This document shows, piece after piece, positions 62,040-64,000 of a DNA stretch of 64,000 nt. The notes under the pieces were generated by a model. The model was not told the origin of the DNA. It searched no databases and saw nothing but the letters and a program-made list of their open reading frames with translations. Made by a program: the position numbers and the translations under genes. Positions within the stretch are counted from its first letter, which is position 1. Every line of letters begins with the position of its first letter. The stretch is taken from contig OX597818.1 of assembly GCA_951406725.2 (NCBI GenBank), positions 51,150,001-51,214,000 on the forward strand. The letters are read 5' to 3'. This DNA comes from Octopus vulgaris (taxonomy: Eukaryota).

Positions 62040-62454
62040 GGATCTTTTCGGTTTGAACGGCAGTTTTTGACATAATTTGTAAGTAACTAAAAAATTTTAA
62101 ACTTCGTATACTGGTAGAATGTGTTTATAAAACATCTTTTTCTCTTGGCTTTTTTGAGAAAATTCTATAGTTTGTAAGATATTTGTTGTTTTTTTTCTTC
62201 AATTTCTGCAATTTCAACCAATCAGTGACATCTATTGAGGTAAAAACATTCTGTGCTGTATGAGAAACAGATTGGGTTTATTTACATTTCTGAAGAAAAA
62301 AAGATACCCTTCCCATCACCCCTAACCCTAACCCTAACTAATCCTAATCCTAAAACAGATTGAAATGCAATAGATCGATACTAGGGTCATAATTATGGGT
62401 GACAATTTCATATGACACCACTAGAAAAAACTGCCGTTCAAACCAAAAAGATCC
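62040..62454. mobile_element. Same 8-bp-TSD MITE family, opposite orientation, TSD TCTTATAG
   Basis: TIRs, perfect TSD and internal CCCTAA repeats. Confidence 0.9.
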
Positions 62455-62988
62455 TCTTATAGGTCCCTAAGGAAGAAGTGTCTGGAGACTCTACACCCCA
62501 CAACTCTCCCATGAATAGTGGCTAGAGAAATGGATTGAAGGATGGATGGATCAAGTAGCTGGAAATATTTGCAAGTAACCAGAAGAGAAGCATAGAACTA
62601 GGTATGTGTAACTTGAAAAACAAACCCAAAGTAAGGAGTTTTCCAATGTTCTGCTGTGTGAGGATCAGGGGTGTGATGTGTTTTACATTACAAAGCCGTA
62701 TGTCAATGTCAATCAAAATGTTGCTGGGGAAAATTGTGTGTTGAAAGATAACAGCATACTTACTCTTACTGGTTGTGAGAAGAAACAGGCTTGAACATGT
62801 TGTGAGAAATTGCTGAATTTCATGGATGTGAAGGGGAGAGAATGACAGACCCAAGAAACAACTGAAAATTTGATTAAAACTCTCCTTTTAAAAGATGGAA
62901 TTTCTTTTTTAAACTGTTATAACAAATTATGTTTCGTTTTGGGATTTGGTTTGCAAGATTCTTTATGTGAGTTCGTGTGTTGAAGCAT

Positions 62989-63241
62989 ATTCTGTTGTGT
63001 CTGGGGAGAGTCATTCTCTTTCAGTGTCTTCTTATTTAACACACTCACCGGTAAAATTTCCACTTTGCAGCCTTTTCAATAGTCTTGACTCTTAAGAGTC
63101 TTGACTCTCAAGAGTCAAGAGTATTGAAAAGGTTGCAAGACGCAACGAAAATTTTAGGAAAATAAAAAAGTGGAAATTTTACCGGTGTGTTAAATAAGAA
63201 GACACAAAAAGAGAATAACTCTCCCCAGACACAACAGAATA
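62989..63241. repeat. Nested inverted repeat, Penelope-like remnant
   Basis: Outer arms 62989-63066 / 63169-63241, with an inner palindrome around AAGAGTCTTGACTC. Confidence 0.7.
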
Positions 63242-63325
63242 ACAAATTATATTTTATATATATACTTTGTCCATTACAATTAATTAAAACAGGAATTATA
63301 GTTGTTTAATCTGCTTTTGTTGCAG

Positions 63326-63438
63326 CCACGAAATTTGCTCTTCAGATGGGCTTTAAGGAATCAGATTTGCATACAAATAAATCAATAGCAGTATGGAAGA
63401 AGTGGCGTTCAGGTAAATGCCAACCAAACTACTGGAAA
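63326..63438 (+). CDS. AGA: AGA copy 2, exon 4 (gene continues beyond the window)
   Basis: ATKFALQMGFKESDLHTNKSIAVWKKWRSGKCQPNYWK; cag|...|gtaagt. Confidence 0.95.
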
Positions 63439-64000
63439 GTAAGTGTCTTAGATCATGTATTACATAACAAATAGCTTCATTCCTAATGTCAATGCTCTTT
63501 AAAAAAAAATATACATGGCTGTTTGTTAAGTGGTTTGCTACCCAACCACAAGGTTTCGGGTTATGTTCCATACAGTGGAACTGAACCCGAAACAGGTATA
63601 GAAACCTTACCAAAGCAAAGACTGAAACCTAGTGCAGCCCTCCAGCTTGCCAGTACCAGTGAAACTGTCTAATCCATGCCCCAGCATGGAAAACAGGCGT
63701 TAATTGATGATGATGATATATATATACATATATACGACGGGCTTCTTTGAGTTTCCGTCTACCAAATCCACTCACAAGGCTTTGGTCGGCCCAAGGCTAT
63801 AGTAGAGGACACTTGCCCAAGGTGCCATGCAGTGGGACTGAACCCAGAGCCATGTGGTTGGTAAGCAACCTACTTACCACACAGCCACTCCTACACCATA
63901 TATGTATAATTAAAATGGAAATCTATCACATTGTCTCCTAACCTTTGTTAGTCCAGCACCCACTTAGATGTCCTTTCACATTGGCCAACCCTACCCTTTA

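Larger units (their letters stand above)
50850..64000 (+). repeat. Second unit of a tandem segmental duplication (homology starts 22399 <-> 50850; period about 28.5 kb)
   Basis: Colinear similarity of promoter, exons and exon-flanking intron sequence. Confidence 0.92.

Noticed and set aside
50850-64000. AGA copy 2 as an uncollapsed haplotype artefact
   Set aside because: About 10% exon divergence, codon indels and largely different intron insertions exceed what I would expect of alleles. Read depth would settle it.

Overview
This is AT-rich, repeat-dense eukaryotic DNA. Its SINE families look like those of an octopus or other coleoid cephalopod (inference). There are no prokaryotic features. 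Minus strand: a complete four-coding-exon MKKS/BBS6 chaperonin-like gene (16917->4592, 583 aa). Upstream of it are two cleanly spliced exons, each carrying one short single-TM ORF (59 aa at 20741-20562; 54 aa at 18577-18413). Both fall below the ORF-track cutoff and resemble the human MKKS upstream-ORF microproteins uMKKS1 and uMKKS2, in the same order. This suggests a conserved tricistronic transcript and is the main finding. Plus strand, head-to-head with it: a complete 8-exon aspartylglucosaminidase gene (AGA, 24010-47487, 349 aa) and a tandem paralogue (52428 onward, first 4 exons in the window) whose exons show many amino-acid changes, biased toward Lys. The rest is a U6 retrocopy, at least four SINE-like families, Helitron, piggyBac, hAT and mariner remnants, MITEs with 8-bp TSDs, LINE fragments, Penelope-like remnants with minimal hammerhead motifs, fold-back repeats and large microsatellites. 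Exon boundaries were read by hand from GT-AG sites and frame continuity. Repeat boundaries are approximate, and comparisons with human proteins are from memory and need checking.
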